A DNA stretch of 64,000 bases from Phycisphaerae bacterium (GCA_963666835.2 CAXXGO010000006.1:608001-672000), one strand, 5' to 3'; shown: positions 1-10,645, counted from the stretch's first letter. Numbers and translations: made by a program. Notes: generated by a model not told the origin, from the letters alone.

Positions 1-15
1 GCATCCTGCCTGCAG
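1..15 (+). repeat. REP-like palindrome class II (truncated by window edge)
   Basis: GCATCCTGCCTGCAG is identical to the 3' part of the copy at 36645-36668. Confidence 0.6.
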
Positions 16-22
16 CCATTGC

Positions 23-51
23 GGCAGGTCTCGTTCCTCGACCTGCCCTAC
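23..51 (-). repeat. REP class I (GTAG-GGCAGGTC-N9-GACCTGCC)
   Basis: Minus strand reads GTAGGGCAGGTCGAGGAACGAGACCTGCC; 8 copies in the window, all intergenic. Confidence 0.85.
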
Positions 52-71
52 ACCCGCCGATGTTGCTCTGC

Positions 72-1187
72 TTAAGCCGACGCCGTCTTGGGAAAAGCCC
101 GGAACGTCGGCCAGGCCTCACCATCCAGCTCGGACCAGAAGACCTGCCCGCTGGTCATGGCTAAGCCGATCTGAGGATCCTTCGAGTGCGCCGCCCATCC
201 GCAGAACATGTCTTTCAAAGATGCTCCGTGCCGAACGGCCGCAGCGGTTAGCGCCGGGTCAGTGCAGGGCCCGGCAATCATGGTCAGCCCTTCGCCCGCG
301 GCATGCCTGAACAGAGAGCCCAGCGCCGCCGCCCAGAGCGTCGGACGACAGGCCAGCTCCAGCAGCGTCACCGCCCCCTCGGGTGAAACCTGGCCGATTG
401 CCCAACCGATTGCCCCGTTCTCGTCATCAACAACCGCAACAGCCCACGGCCGGACCCGGGCCGGCGAGTCGTGCATCATGTCCCAAAGCCACTGGGTATG
501 ATCCGCATCGTAATGCGAAGAGAGCGGAAAGAACTCGCGGGCGGCAAGCCGTAACCGATGCCATTCCGCGGAATCGGTAATCGGACGGCACGCAATTCTC
601 CGAGAGTGGTCTTCGCTGTCGGCAACCCCGCTGCGGCCGAGCAGTCGCTTCAAACGGCCCCGTAGCCGGGAGACTCTCGTTTCGTCCGAATGAAGGGACT
701 TTCGCCATTTCAGCCCGCCGAATGGCGGATGCCAGAAGCCGAGCTTCCGGAGCACGGCCGCGGAAGCCTGATTGGCTGAGGTTGTTAACGTCACGGTGTG
801 GGAACCGTCGGTCAGGGCTGTAGCCAGGCGCTGGGCAATCCCCTGGCGGCGGGCGGAAGGGTGTACCATTAGTTGCCCGACTGCCACGGCGGATACCGTT
901 CGTCCCTCGAAAGAGAATCGCCGAGGGTGACCGCCGAAGAACCCGAGCACTTGGCCATCGTCATCCACACACACGCGTGACAAAGCGGGCTTGTCCGAGA
1001 CCCAGGGATCGGAGAAGAACAGCCGATCCATGTAATCGCAAAGCTGTTCATGCGGCGGCCGGTCGTCGCCCAGCAGCAGGCTGTTGTGTAGTTGAGCAAT
1101 CTGCCCAATGTCCGCCCGTCGAAGCGGGCGTATCGCCGGGGCGGAAGCTGTTGCGGAAATCGGGTTTCCGGTTGCGAGTACCGTCAC
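72..1187 (-). CDS. GNAT-family N-acetyltransferase (tandem GNAT-like)
   Basis: Acetyl-CoA motif A 'LMVHPSARRQGIA'. Start moved to GTG 1187 (GGAG upstream) because the longer ORF overlaps the deacetylase. Confidence 0.75.
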   Translation of the reverse strand: MTVLATGNPISATASAPAIRPLRRADIGQIAQLHNSLLLGDDRPPHEQLCDYMDRLFFSDPWVSDKPALSRVCVDDDGQVLGFFGGHPRRFSFEGRTVSAVAVGQLMVHPSARRQGIAQRLATALTDGSHTVTLTTSANQASAAVLRKLGFWHPPFGGLKWRKSLHSDETRVSRLRGRLKRLLGRSGVADSEDHSRRIACRPITDSAEWHRLRLAAREFFPLSSHYDADHTQWLWDMMHDSPARVRPWAVAVVDDENGAIGWAIGQVSPEGAVTLLELACRPTLWAAALGSLFRHAAGEGLTMIAGPCTDPALTAAAVRHGASLKDMFCGWAAHSKDPQIGLAMTSGQVFWSELDGEAWPTFRAFPKTASA

Positions 1188-1239
1188 GTTCGTGTCTCCG
1201 ACCGCAGGACGTCGCAGTCCGTCGTACGGGTCCGTCTCT

Positions 1240-2238
1240 TCACAGCCCAAGCCCCCCGGCGATAAGATGTTCTTCCAGTTGGTTCGCCCCGACTCCATCA
1301 CAGATGATCCGGCGCACATCGAGTCCGGCCATGGTCGCCGAGTTGATCCCTCCATAGGCGGTGACAAATTCGTGTCTCGTATTCGCCGCGGCGGCCAGCG
1401 TATCGAAGTTCCAGTCCGTCGGCTTACCAAAGGGCAGCGCGAAGAGGCGTCGGTAGTTCGAGAACCCGGCCAGCAAGGCCTCGTTCTGTTCGATCTGAAG
1501 GCGTTGCTCCTCCGCGGGTATCTGCGAGAACCGCGGGTGGTCGAAACTGTGGTTGCCGAGTTCAACCAGCTTATTCCGCGAGAGTCCGGTCAGACGCGTT
1601 TCGTCGAAATACCGGGTGTTGGGACCGTCCATTTCCAACATGAGTTCGGCGAGATGTTGCCGCTTGGCCACAACCTCCGGGCCGGCCTGCCGCCGCAGGT
1701 ATGTCGAGTATGAGGCACCTGGACACGGACCGAAAGCCGCATGCAGAACGTCCGTTCTTCCCGCGGACTCCAGAGAGACAACGTCGTCGAACCAGTATCG
1801 CCCGCCGTTCAGGAAAGCGCCGTTTACGAAGAACGTGCAGGGGATGGCGAGCCTCTCCAGGATCGGAAGAGCATGCTCCAGGGTCGCCAGGAATCCGTCG
1901 TCAAAAGCCACAGCTACGCTGGTGCGGCGTAGCTCACCGGCCTGCCAACAGGCGATTCCGTCGGCGAGCGAAACGGTTTCGTAATGCTCCTTGACCCAGC
2001 GCATGTGACAATCGAAATCGCGCGGGCTGGTCGCCACGCCCATCGCGGACATATAGGTCGGTGGTTCGGGATCCACCGCATGGTAAGTAAGCACGATGAG
2101 AGCGGGCCTGCGATCGAGGACGGAACGCGCCAGGCGCCGGCGCATGATGGCGCGGACCAGCGGCTTACATCCGAGCAGGCTTTCGGTGATCCGCAGAGAT
2201 CGCAAGACGGTGCTCCCAGCAACTTGTACCGCCCTCAT
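1240..2238 (-). CDS. Polysaccharide deacetylase (CE4/NodB-like)
   Basis: Motifs LTYH, AFDDG, GNHSFDHP, FALPFG; 4-bp ATGA overlap with the upstream gene. Confidence 0.85.
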   Translation of the reverse strand: MRAVQVAGSTVLRSLRITESLLGCKPLVRAIMRRRLARSVLDRRPALIVLTYHAVDPEPPTYMSAMGVATSPRDFDCHMRWVKEHYETVSLADGIACWQAGELRRTSVAVAFDDGFLATLEHALPILERLAIPCTFFVNGAFLNGGRYWFDDVVSLESAGRTDVLHAAFGPCPGASYSTYLRRQAGPEVVAKRQHLAELMLEMDGPNTRYFDETRLTGLSRNKLVELGNHSFDHPRFSQIPAEEQRLQIEQNEALLAGFSNYRRLFALPFGKPTDWNFDTLAAAANTRHEFVTAYGGINSATMAGLDVRRIICDGVGANQLEEHLIAGGLGL

Positions 2239-3965
2239 TCCCCCCTTGCTAAGGGGGAGAGGCCTTTGAACGACTTCTCCGGCTGCAGAACGAGATCACG
2301 CTTCTCCCCCGTCCCCAGAAGCAACAACAACTCTGAGCCTTTTTCGGCGCGCGCGGAATTCAAGGCGATTGTCCGATCTTCGAAGCGACTTACTCCCGCT
2401 TGCGGGGTTGTGTTCTGCCAGGCGTCCAGGTCGCGCCGCGGCAGGCCGACACCGTAGTCCCAGAAATGTACCCCGCCTTCCAACTGCCGAGGAGAGGCAA
2501 TCAAACACCCTTGCGTCGGAGCCGGCAACGGCCTGTGCCGCGACGTAATACTGACACACGCCTGACGCCACCAATCGGGAGCGTCTGCATCGACGGCCAC
2601 CCGCAGCCGGTTCCGCAGATCTTGCGGGAACAGCACGCGATAACGCAGGTACACCGATGCCGGCACGAAGATCTCGTAATCCCCATCCAACTCTGCCGAC
2701 GCGATAAGACGCTGAAGGGCAACGCCGACCCGCGAAGTCGGCCGGTCACGAAAACCGTTAACCGTGCCTCCGTCCGCGAACGACAGCCACACCAGCAGGC
2801 CCAGGACTACCGGCCAGGCGCGCTGCAGTCTACCCGGGCCGATCATCCGCGTAATCAGTCGACACCCTACCAGACCCAGGCACAGCGCGAACGGTATGCA
2901 CGTCACCAGAATGTGGCGACCATCGAACGGCGTGAACGGGTGCCAGCCGTTGTGATGCGTGACCGGCACCAGTGCAATCACCGCGTAAGCCCCTATCGCC
3001 CAAGCCGCCATCGCCCGCCCTCGGCCGTCGAGAAAGAACGCCACGATCGCGGTCGGGAAGAACAGCACGGCCACACGCCCCCATCCGGAAATGCCGGGGT
3101 GAAACAGCATCGTCATCCGGTCCCAGGCTAAGCCGAGGTACGTTGAAGCTCGGTAGTACCCGGTTTTCGGGAAGTAGTGGTCCTCCGCCTGTGCGCTTTG
3201 CAGGGCGTGCAGCTTGAACCAGAAGTCGTCGCCGAACCGCAAGTAGAACAGTCCATCAACCAGGCAGTATGCCGCCAGCCCCAAACCGACTGCGGCTAGC
3301 ATGCCCATTCGCCGACGGAGCTGCCAACCGTGGGGCAGCCAGATGATCCAGATGATCGGGATCACCGCCATCCCCGCGAAGATTTTGGCCGAGGACCCCA
3401 ACCCGACGGCGAACCCGCAGCCGATTGCCAGCAGCCAGGCGCGACGCGGGTGAACCGCTCGCACGGCCCATGCGACCAGCAACACCCCCACGGCGGCCCA
3501 CAAACACGTATGCACGTCGGGATATGCTGCGGTGGACATCACCCGGAAGTAAGGGAGAAATGCCACCACTCCGGCAGCTAAGAGCCCTTCGGCCCAACCC
3601 CACAGCAGCCGCCCAAGGATCACCACCGCCCCCACGCACGACAATGCCGCCAACACCGTTGGCAACGCTACCATCGAGGGGCTGTCGCCGAACAAAGCGA
3701 TGGACGCGGCCACCGGCACGACGAGCGCCATCCGCGCGAAATGATGATGGACGCGATGGAAGGTCTCACCGGCCAGCACGTATTCCGCGGCCGAGTGGTA
3801 GTAGGCGTCGTCCGAGCCGAGCCACCCGGTCGGATCGATCAGCAGCGCCGCCAGCATCACGGCCAGCAGGGCTGTGAACCACACAATTGCCCAGACGGGC
3901 CACTTCTTCGAGGTGGCGGTTTTCAGGGCATCACTGCTGGTTTCAAGTGCTTGAGACGACGCCAT
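2235..3965 (-). CDS. GT-C membrane glycosyltransferase (ArnT/PMT/GT39-like)
   Basis: Many TM helices; 'GSDDAYY' after the first helix; 'YPD' and 'SAK' motifs. Confidence 0.75.
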   Translation of the reverse strand: MASSQALETSSDALKTATSKKWPVWAIVWFTALLAVMLAALLIDPTGWLGSDDAYYHSAAEYVLAGETFHRVHHHFARMALVVPVAASIALFGDSPSMVALPTVLAALSCVGAVVILGRLLWGWAEGLLAAGVVAFLPYFRVMSTAAYPDVHTCLWAAVGVLLVAWAVRAVHPRRAWLLAIGCGFAVGLGSSAKIFAGMAVIPIIWIIWLPHGWQLRRRMGMLAAVGLGLAAYCLVDGLFYLRFGDDFWFKLHALQSAQAEDHYFPKTGYYRASTYLGLAWDRMTMLFHPGISGWGRVAVLFFPTAIVAFFLDGRGRAMAAWAIGAYAVIALVPVTHHNGWHPFTPFDGRHILVTCIPFALCLGLVGCRLITRMIGPGRLQRAWPVVLGLLVWLSFADGGTVNGFRDRPTSRVGVALQRLIASAELDGDYEIFVPASVYLRYRVLFPQDLRNRLRVAVDADAPDWWRQACVSITSRHRPLPAPTQGCLIASPRQLEGGVHFWDYGVGLPRRDLDAWQNTTPQAGVSRFEDRTIALNSARAEKGSELLLLLGTGEKRDLVLQPEKSFKGLSPLARGE

Positions 3966-4295
3966 TTCGGGAATTCCCTGTGGTCAACCAACGCCGGAGC
4001 CTCACCATCCGCTGCCGGCGCAGGCTCCGATAATATTGTCGGCGGATCCGGAGCGTCGCTGAACCTGCCCGGATACGGTCCACGCCGCGACGTCGCAGAG
4101 ACGCGGCTTCTTTTTCGGCGAGAGGTGTCAAGCCGGCTCCTTTTTCAGGCTGAAAGCCTGCAAGATAGTAGACGGCTGCAGTTGATGGATCAGTCGAATG
4201 ATGTGTAGAACAACGAGGGGTGTGGCGCGAGGGCGGAACGTCAGAACACTGGACGTGAGGAGAGGAGGGACGGTCAATCCGCCGGTACCGGAAAC

Positions 4296-4340
4296 GAATC
4301 CCACCCGCCGAGCGTTTCGCGCGTCCGGCGGGTGGGATTC
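4296..4340. terminator. Strong hairpin, probable terminator for the DUF1579 gene
   Basis: Perfect 15-bp inverted repeat GAATCCCACCCGCCG / CGGCGGGTGGGATTC about 50 bp downstream of the gene; the U-tract is weak. Confidence 0.5.
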
Positions 4341-4391
4341 TCCCGTATCTTCAGTCGACTCGGTAGTTTCCCTAGAGTCGCTCGCCAACAG

Positions 4392-5009
4392 CTACGCCGC
4401 GCGGGACTCGTGTCGTGAGGAGTCAATCTCGAGGAACATGAACTGCGGAGATCCAGGAGTGATATCGTAGACCTTGAGGTTCGCCGCGCCTTTCTTGTCC
4501 AAGATCGTCATGACGATCTTGATCTCGCGCATCTTCGAGGCAATCGTGTCGTAATACTCTCCAAACAGGCTGATGGCCCCGGTGGCTTCGTCGATCGTGC
4601 CCCGGCAAACGAGAATGCGAGTGCTCAGCGTGTCCATCCACACGATCACATACTCTTGGGCGCCGGAATCGTAGCCCATGGCCCCGCGTCCTTCGAACTC
4701 GAAATCGAGCCACTTCCCACTGGCGGTCACCTCGACAAACGTGCTTCCCAGCGGGCGATCCGCCTCGCATCGGGCGGTTGCGGTGCGGGGCTCGCTGTCC
4801 GGGGCGGCCGACCATTTGATCGCCTGATCGTATTTGCCTTTGATCGTCTTGAACACCTTGTGCATGTCGGTCGGTGCGGCGGCCCTCCTCAAGGCTTCGA
4901 CCAGTTGCCGGTCGGTCATTCCCGGGCCTTCAGCCTTCGACGAAACCGCTACGCCGCTAAGCAGCACAGCTACGAACATCGACCCGCATATCAGTACGTT
5001 TCGCTTCAT
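4392..5009 (-). CDS. DUF1579-family secreted protein
   Basis: Signal peptide; 'FEGRGAMGYDSGAQEYVIVWMDT' matches the DUF1579 pattern. Confidence 0.75.
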   Translation of the reverse strand: MKRNVLICGSMFVAVLLSGVAVSSKAEGPGMTDRQLVEALRRAAAPTDMHKVFKTIKGKYDQAIKWSAAPDSEPRTATARCEADRPLGSTFVEVTASGKWLDFEFEGRGAMGYDSGAQEYVIVWMDTLSTRILVCRGTIDEATGAISLFGEYYDTIASKMREIKIVMTILDKKGAANLKVYDITPGSPQFMFLEIDSSRHESRAA

Positions 5010-5191
5010 GGTCCCAACCCTTTCAATTCAAGATGGATTGCCCTGGCGGTTGGCGGCCGACGCCCCGCCGGCCACGCAGCTTCGTGCTATTGTGAACGAC
5101 CATCGCCGACTTGGCAACGCGCGGACTCGGGCAACGAGGCTCCGAGGCTTCGTAGGTACGGCATCATTGTCAACGGGCCGCCATGGTTCGG

Positions 5192-6862
5192 TCAGCAGCC
5201 GGGGATATTAACACCACGCTCCTTGGCGATTTCGCGGGCTTTCTCGTAGCCGGCGTCGGCGTGACGGAACAGCCCGGTAGCCGGATCGGCGGTGAGGACC
5301 CGCTCCAATCGGGCGGCTGCTTCCGGAGTTCCGTCAGCCACGATAACCTGCCCGGCGTGGATGGAATATCCGATACCCACGCCGCCGCCGTGATGAACCG
5401 ATACCCAGGTCGCCCCGCAGGACGCGTTAGTTAAAGCGTTGAGGATCGGCCAGTCGGCAATAGCGTCGGATCCGTCCTTCATCCCTTCGGTTTCCCGGTT
5501 CGGGGAGGCGACGCTCCCGCAATCGAGATGATCGCGTCCGATGACGATCGGCGCGGAAATCTCACCCTTGGCGACCAGCTCGTTGAAGATGAGTCCCATC
5601 TTGCTCCGTTCCCCGTACCCCAACCAGCAAATTCGCGAGGGCAACCCCTGAAAGGCGACCTGTTCACCGGCCATGCGAATCCACCGGCACAAGTGCTCGT
5701 TCTCGGGGAAGGTGTCGAGGATGGCGCGATCGGTACGAGTGATGTCCGCCGGATCGCCGGAGAGGGCCGCCCACCGGAAAGGCCCTTGCCCTTCGCAGAA
5801 CAACGGCCTGATGAACAGGGGCACGAACCCCTTGAAATCAAAAGCGTTTTCTACTCCGACCAGCTTGGCCTGCCCGCGGATATTGTTGCCGTAGTCGAAC
5901 GTCACCGCTCCGCGTCGTTGCATCTCGAGCATAGCCTTAACGTGCTCGCCCATACTACGCATCGACTCGGTAATATACCGGTCCGGGTCGCTCTCTCGAA
6001 GCCGCAGAGCTTCATCATAGCTCATACCGTTGGGCACGTATCCGTTGAGCGCATCGTGCGCTGAAGTCTGGTCGGTTAATAAGTCGGGGATAACATCGCG
6101 CTTGATGAGTTCCGGCAGAACGTCGGCACAGTTGCCAAGCAGGCCGACGGACCGCGGCTCTTTTCGTTCTAACGCCTCGTTAACCCACTTGAGAGCTTCG
6201 TCAAGGCTCGCCGTCCAGCGATCACAGTATTTCGTGTCAATGCGTCGTTGAATGCGCGCCTCGTCGACCTCAATGCACAAACACACTCCCTCGTTCATCG
6301 TACATGCCAGGGTCTGGGCACCGCCCATCCCTCCGAGCCCCCCGGTGACGACCAGGCGTCCGCGGAGCGAGCCGCCGAAGTGCTCGCGGGCCGCCGCTCC
6401 GAACGTCTCGTAAGTGCCCTGCAGAATCCCCTGCGTGCCGATGTAGATCCAGCTCCCCGCGGTCATCTGCCCGTACATCGTCAGACCCAACGCTTCCAAC
6501 CTGCGGAACTCGTCCCACGTAGCCCAGTGCGGAACCAGTAGGGAGTTGGCAATAATGACCCGTGGCGCGTCGGGGTGAGTCTTGACCACGCCCACCGCGC
6601 GCCCCGATTGAACCAACAGAGTCTCGTTGTTCTCCAGGTCCTTTAGCGCCGCTACGATGCGGTCGTAGTCCGCCCAACTGCGGGCGGCACGGCCACTACC
6701 ACCATAGATAATCAGCTCGGCCGGGTTCTCCGCGACATCCGGGTCGAGGTTGTTCATGAGCATGCGCATGGCGGCTTCCTGCTGCCAACCTTTGCACGTC
6801 AGCTCGGTTCCACGCGGCGCTCGGACGGTCCGAACGTTCTCACCCTTCGAAGCTGCCATCAT
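5192..6862 (-). CDS. hutU: Urocanate hydratase
   Basis: [32 protein letters not shown]; start ATG at 6862 or 6859. Confidence 0.97.
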   Translation of the reverse strand: MMAASKGENVRTVRAPRGTELTCKGWQQEAAMRMLMNNLDPDVAENPAELIIYGGSGRAARSWADYDRIVAALKDLENNETLLVQSGRAVGVVKTHPDAPRVIIANSLLVPHWATWDEFRRLEALGLTMYGQMTAGSWIYIGTQGILQGTYETFGAAAREHFGGSLRGRLVVTGGLGGMGGAQTLACTMNEGVCLCIEVDEARIQRRIDTKYCDRWTASLDEALKWVNEALERKEPRSVGLLGNCADVLPELIKRDVIPDLLTDQTSAHDALNGYVPNGMSYDEALRLRESDPDRYITESMRSMGEHVKAMLEMQRRGAVTFDYGNNIRGQAKLVGVENAFDFKGFVPLFIRPLFCEGQGPFRWAALSGDPADITRTDRAILDTFPENEHLCRWIRMAGEQVAFQGLPSRICWLGYGERSKMGLIFNELVAKGEISAPIVIGRDHLDCGSVASPNRETEGMKDGSDAIADWPILNALTNASCGATWVSVHHGGGVGIGYSIHAGQVIVADGTPEAAARLERVLTADPATGLFRHADAGYEKAREIAKERGVNIPGC

Positions 6863-7064
6863 TACTAGTTCCCCATAGCCTGGTTTGGCACGAAACAACT
6901 ACGTACGAGCATCAGCCGCCGCCGCAGCCGATTAGTCCGGCATTATATGACTGCCTCGCCGCCGGCCGCAAGACACCTCGAACCGGCCCGGCAAGGGCGC
7001 AAAGGCAGCATCAGCGCATGTGGGGCAGTACTGAGGCACGTGACCTGCCGCGGACCCGCGGCGC

Positions 7065-7919
7065 TCATGTGGATGGTGATCGGCGGCGGGCTTTTTCGAG
7101 GCTATCGGCGATCTTCCAGCTTTGCGAACCTTCAACGGCTTCGATATCGATCATATCGGGAGGGTGGTCCTCCGAGAGCGAAACCCCTGGTGAAAAGGGT
7201 TCCGCCTTCTTACCTGCGCGGCCGTTACCGACTTTCGATTCGACCATGCGGACGCGGAAGCGGGTATCACCGATTCCCAGCTCATCGTTGTTTTGAAGGA
7301 CCTGATACACCACCGGCTCGCCATTGACCCGGACTTGATTCTGGCTGAGCAGATCGAAGACGGCCAACTGACCGAAATAGGTGAGGAGCAGGCTGTGGGT
7401 GCGCGAGATTCGCCGATCGGAAATAACAATATCGCAGCCGGTTCGGCGCCCGATGACACATCCGTCGCGATTCGGCTTGAGGATACGTCCGGTGGTCAGA
7501 TGCTCCAACGCGATCACCTGCGGTGACGGCTCCAAGCTGAACGGATGAAGGTCGGCGTCTCCACGGCTCTGGGGTTGCTGGATTTCCACACGAATCCGCC
7601 ACGGATCGATGGTGAGTAAGTCACCGTCCGAAAGCTGCTCGTGTTCCATCTTCAGTTCATTGAGGAACGTTCCCTGGCGAGTTATCAGATCAACCGCGAC
7701 AATCTCCCGCCCGTTGTTGATGAGCGCAACGTGCACGGGAGATACCTGCCGGTGCTGCAAGCGCAGCTTGCATCCGGAACGCGAACCCACCAGAGTGACC
7801 ACCCGACGGCATTCTATCGTAGTGCCGACCCCTTGGCCCTTCTCGATCTTCAGTCGGACTCGCGGAGCGGAATCCGCCACGATCGGCACACCTGCAGATG
7901 GCCCGTTGACTGTGGTCAA
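7065..7919 (-). CDS. Tandem FHA-domain protein
   Basis: Two FHA units: GSRSGC..VSPVH and IGRRTGCDIVISDRRISRTH; only the second keeps the pThr-binding GR. Confidence 0.85.
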   Translation of the reverse strand: MTTVNGPSAGVPIVADSAPRVRLKIEKGQGVGTTIECRRVVTLVGSRSGCKLRLQHRQVSPVHVALINNGREIVAVDLITRQGTFLNELKMEHEQLSDGDLLTIDPWRIRVEIQQPQSRGDADLHPFSLEPSPQVIALEHLTTGRILKPNRDGCVIGRRTGCDIVISDRRISRTHSLLLTYFGQLAVFDLLSQNQVRVNGEPVVYQVLQNNDELGIGDTRFRVRMVESKVGNGRAGKKAEPFSPGVSLSEDHPPDMIDIEAVEGSQSWKIADSLEKARRRSPST

Positions 7920-8351
7920 AGGCGCGACTCCCGTCTCGGCTCAGCACAAATACGAATCGCAACGCCGAATCCGCCGTTCGTGCGATCGGCGGAATTCACC
8001 GCAGACACCCCATCGGATAAGTATAGTGCCATCGGATGATCTTTTCCAGTGTCGCGCCGTGCTCCTCGCTCTACGGCCATTAGATAATGTCGGCCAGGCT
8101 CGGCAACTGATCCAGGCGAGCCGTCGCAACCATCTTCAAACCCCGCTGAAGGGGGCGCAACCGGCGGTTTGAGTGCAGACAACACCCCAATGGACTCTCC
8201 GGACTAGTCGCCCGGGAGCGTTTCAAGCATGTCCGACGACCTCCACCCCGTTCCATTTCGCTTCGCCGTTCGGAGGTCTCACCACAGCCGCGGACCCGCA
8301 ACGCGATCATGCCCGCCCCATCCGTAGTACCAACCGCAGGGGCTTTTCTGA

Positions 8352-8641
8352 ATCGAGGTAATCGGGGTAGGCGGTGGGATCGAAAGACGGGTCGCCTCAA
8401 CTGATTCTGAAAGCGGCACCATCTTCGATGGCGCTGAAGATGACTCCGTGAGGTCGCCGCGTCAGCGCGGCGAGGTCGAGGCTTGGCCGGCGCGGCCGGA
8501 GATACGTCGCGGCTTGGAAGTTCTCTGCGGATTCAAGATGGACGGGCACATCGCCCGGCACCCGCAGGATGGTGTCAGCGCAGTCAGCCCGATGACGGCA
8601 GGCAACTCCAAAGCCGATTGCCCTTCCCGATTAGTCCCGAT
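8352..8641. ncRNA. Candidate ~290-nt rod-like structured RNA or decayed inverted-repeat element
   Basis: Colinear pairing of the two halves around an axis near 8495: 8352-8378 with 8614-8641, 8389-8397 with 8600-8608, 8413-8423 with 8568-8579, and others. Confidence 0.4.
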
Positions 8642-8655
8642 AGCAAACGGTACGG

Positions 8656-9120
8656 TTACTCGGGAGTATCCAAGGAAGCGGCAAACCAGTCGTACCGCGC
8701 ACGGGCGGAGCCCACATCGTGCATCAATATCGGAGCGTTCCCGGCGGCTTTGACGGAAATGCCAATTTCATGGCACCCGTCGTCGACCTCGCGACAGAAC
8801 GCGGCCGTTCCGGCAATGTGCTTCCGGGTGTGATCCGGAGCGACCACGATCGCCTCGACCGGTCGACCAACCGATACCGGCCGCGCGAGGGTCGCTACCA
8901 CCGACAATCCCAGAAAGGTCAGATTCCGGGTAAGCGCATCACTTACGATTACGGGCTCGCCGGTGGGGCCGAACAGGCAAATCTCACACTCCGCCTGAAG
9001 CACCCGGCGGCGTTCGGAGCGGCTGTCCGTTCCGTTCGGAACGGTCTTGGCCGCCTCGGCCTCCATGGCTTCGATCAACGCAGTGAGAGTCCGCTGAGTC
9101 TCAATTGAACAAGACGGCAT
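8656..9120 (-). CDS. PilZ-like domain protein
   Basis: 'RSERRR' followed by 'NLTFLG' resembles the PilZ RxxxR and D/NxSxxG motifs. Confidence 0.6.
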   Translation of the reverse strand: MPSCSIETQRTLTALIEAMEAEAAKTVPNGTDSRSERRRVLQAECEICLFGPTGEPVIVSDALTRNLTFLGLSVVATLARPVSVGRPVEAIVVAPDHTRKHIAGTAAFCREVDDGCHEIGISVKAAGNAPILMHDVGSARARYDWFAASLDTPE

Positions 9121-9507
9121 CGTACATCCCTCTTCCCGTACAGAATATCGGTTGCGAGATCACCCCTCACGAGTTGAGCCGGGGCACACCTCCAAACGTG
9201 CAAAATCCGGGGAGCTTCCGCCACATCTAATCTGCCGGATGGTCCCCCCGCTTCACCCAGACTCTAGGACCGGCGCCCGGCGGAAGGCAAACTTCTCTCT
9301 TTCTACTCGGTCCTTGGGCCTCACATCTAAGGCGGAGCCGGATGTAATCCGTAGTAAGCCCTATAACGTTGCCGTTTCGACGCTTACCGCGGCCGCTCGA
9401 TTCGCGCCCGCTCTGCCCGATAACACAACCCCCGCCGCGCCGGCGCAGTGGCACCGGCCCTTATGACAGTGAAGTTGATTACCGGCAAAGCAGCCCGTTT
9501 AGCGCGA

Positions 9508-10470
9508 TCAAGCGGGGTTCACGCAGTTGATGAACTCACCGTTGGCTTTGAAGGCGAGAACTATGCGAACCGCTTCCTCGCCGACCGCGTCCTGGGCCTG
9601 ATCCGTCGACGCCCCCACATGGTGGGTCCCGTAGAGGTTGGGGGCTTTGACGACGGGATCAGCGAAGTCCTTGTCCGTGGCGGCCGGCTCCAGCTCGTAG
9701 ACGTCCAACGCCGCCCCGCGGATGGTCCCGCTGTGCAACGCCTCTGCGAGTGCGACTTCGTCGATCACTCCGCCGCGACTGCAATTCAACAGGAACACCG
9801 TCGGCTTCATTTTGGCGAGTTGCTCTTTGCCAATTACGTGCTTCGTGTCCTTGCCGCCGGGGACGTGTAAGGAAATGAAGTCGGACTCAGCCAGGAGCTC
9901 ATCAAACGAGACTCTGCGGATGCCCAGCTCCGCCTCCGCGGTCTTCTGGTCGATTACGTCGGTGTAAATCAGCTTCATATCGAACGCGGCCGCCCGTTTG
10001 GCCACCTCGTAACCGATCCGCCCGAGCCCCATCACGCCCAGGGTCCTACCCTTCAGGCCGAGAGCCTTACTGTATTCCTTCTTGTTCCACACGCCGTTGC
10101 GAAGGTCGACCGTTTCATCCACTATCCGTCGATCGAGGGCGATCATCAGTCCGATGGACAGCTCGGCCACGGCGACGGCGTTCATCCCCGGGCAATTACA
10201 CACGCGGATATTGCGGCTGCCGGCCTGTGCGGTATCGATGGTGTCGTATCCCGATCCTGCCCGGATTACGAGCTTGAGATCGGTGCCCGCCTCTAGCATC
10301 GGTTTCTGCACCTTCGTGCTGCGTACGATCAAGACGGTCGGGTTTACTTCGGCGATGGCTTTGGTCAGTTCCTCGTCCTTCAGCTCCGCGTTGAAGATGA
10401 CCTCGCAGCCCGCTTCGCGCAGCGTGTCCATTCCCTGATCCGAGAACTTGTCGGCAATGAGCACTTTCAT
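9508..10470 (-). CDS. D-isomer 2-hydroxyacid dehydrogenase (SerA-like, no ACT domain)
   Basis: MKVLIADK, RAGSGYD, GLGRIG, NCSRGG, DVYELEP, HVGAST; start trimmed to ATG 10470. Confidence 0.9.
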   Translation of the reverse strand: MKVLIADKFSDQGMDTLREAGCEVIFNAELKDEELTKAIAEVNPTVLIVRSTKVQKPMLEAGTDLKLVIRAGSGYDTIDTAQAGSRNIRVCNCPGMNAVAVAELSIGLMIALDRRIVDETVDLRNGVWNKKEYSKALGLKGRTLGVMGLGRIGYEVAKRAAAFDMKLIYTDVIDQKTAEAELGIRRVSFDELLAESDFISLHVPGGKDTKHVIGKEQLAKMKPTVFLLNCSRGGVIDEVALAEALHSGTIRGAALDVYELEPAATDKDFADPVVKAPNLYGTHHVGASTDQAQDAVGEEAVRIVLAFKANGEFINCVNPA

Positions 10471-10645
10471 ATTACGATCTCCGTCTTGAAGTTCTGAGTA
10501 CGTCGCAGGATCCCACTCTTTCTTTGCATGCACAGTCGGGCGTCGCTTTGCACTCATGCAATTGTCGTGCCGACGTGCGTTCGTTCCGCGGTCGGCACCC
10601 GAATACGGACGCCGCGCACTTCTTCTACGCCGCGGCGAGGTCCCC

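Noticed and set aside
8135..8175. c-di-GMP-I riboswitch-like 'AAACCCC..GGGGGCGCAA'
   Set aside because: Lacks GGCAAA, the GNRA loop and the P3 motif, and there is no downstream + strand gene.
9222..9345. Repeated CACATCTAA...GCCGGATG upstream of the PilZ-like gene
   Set aside because: Only two short copies with unequal spacing; chance cannot be excluded without ortholog comparison.
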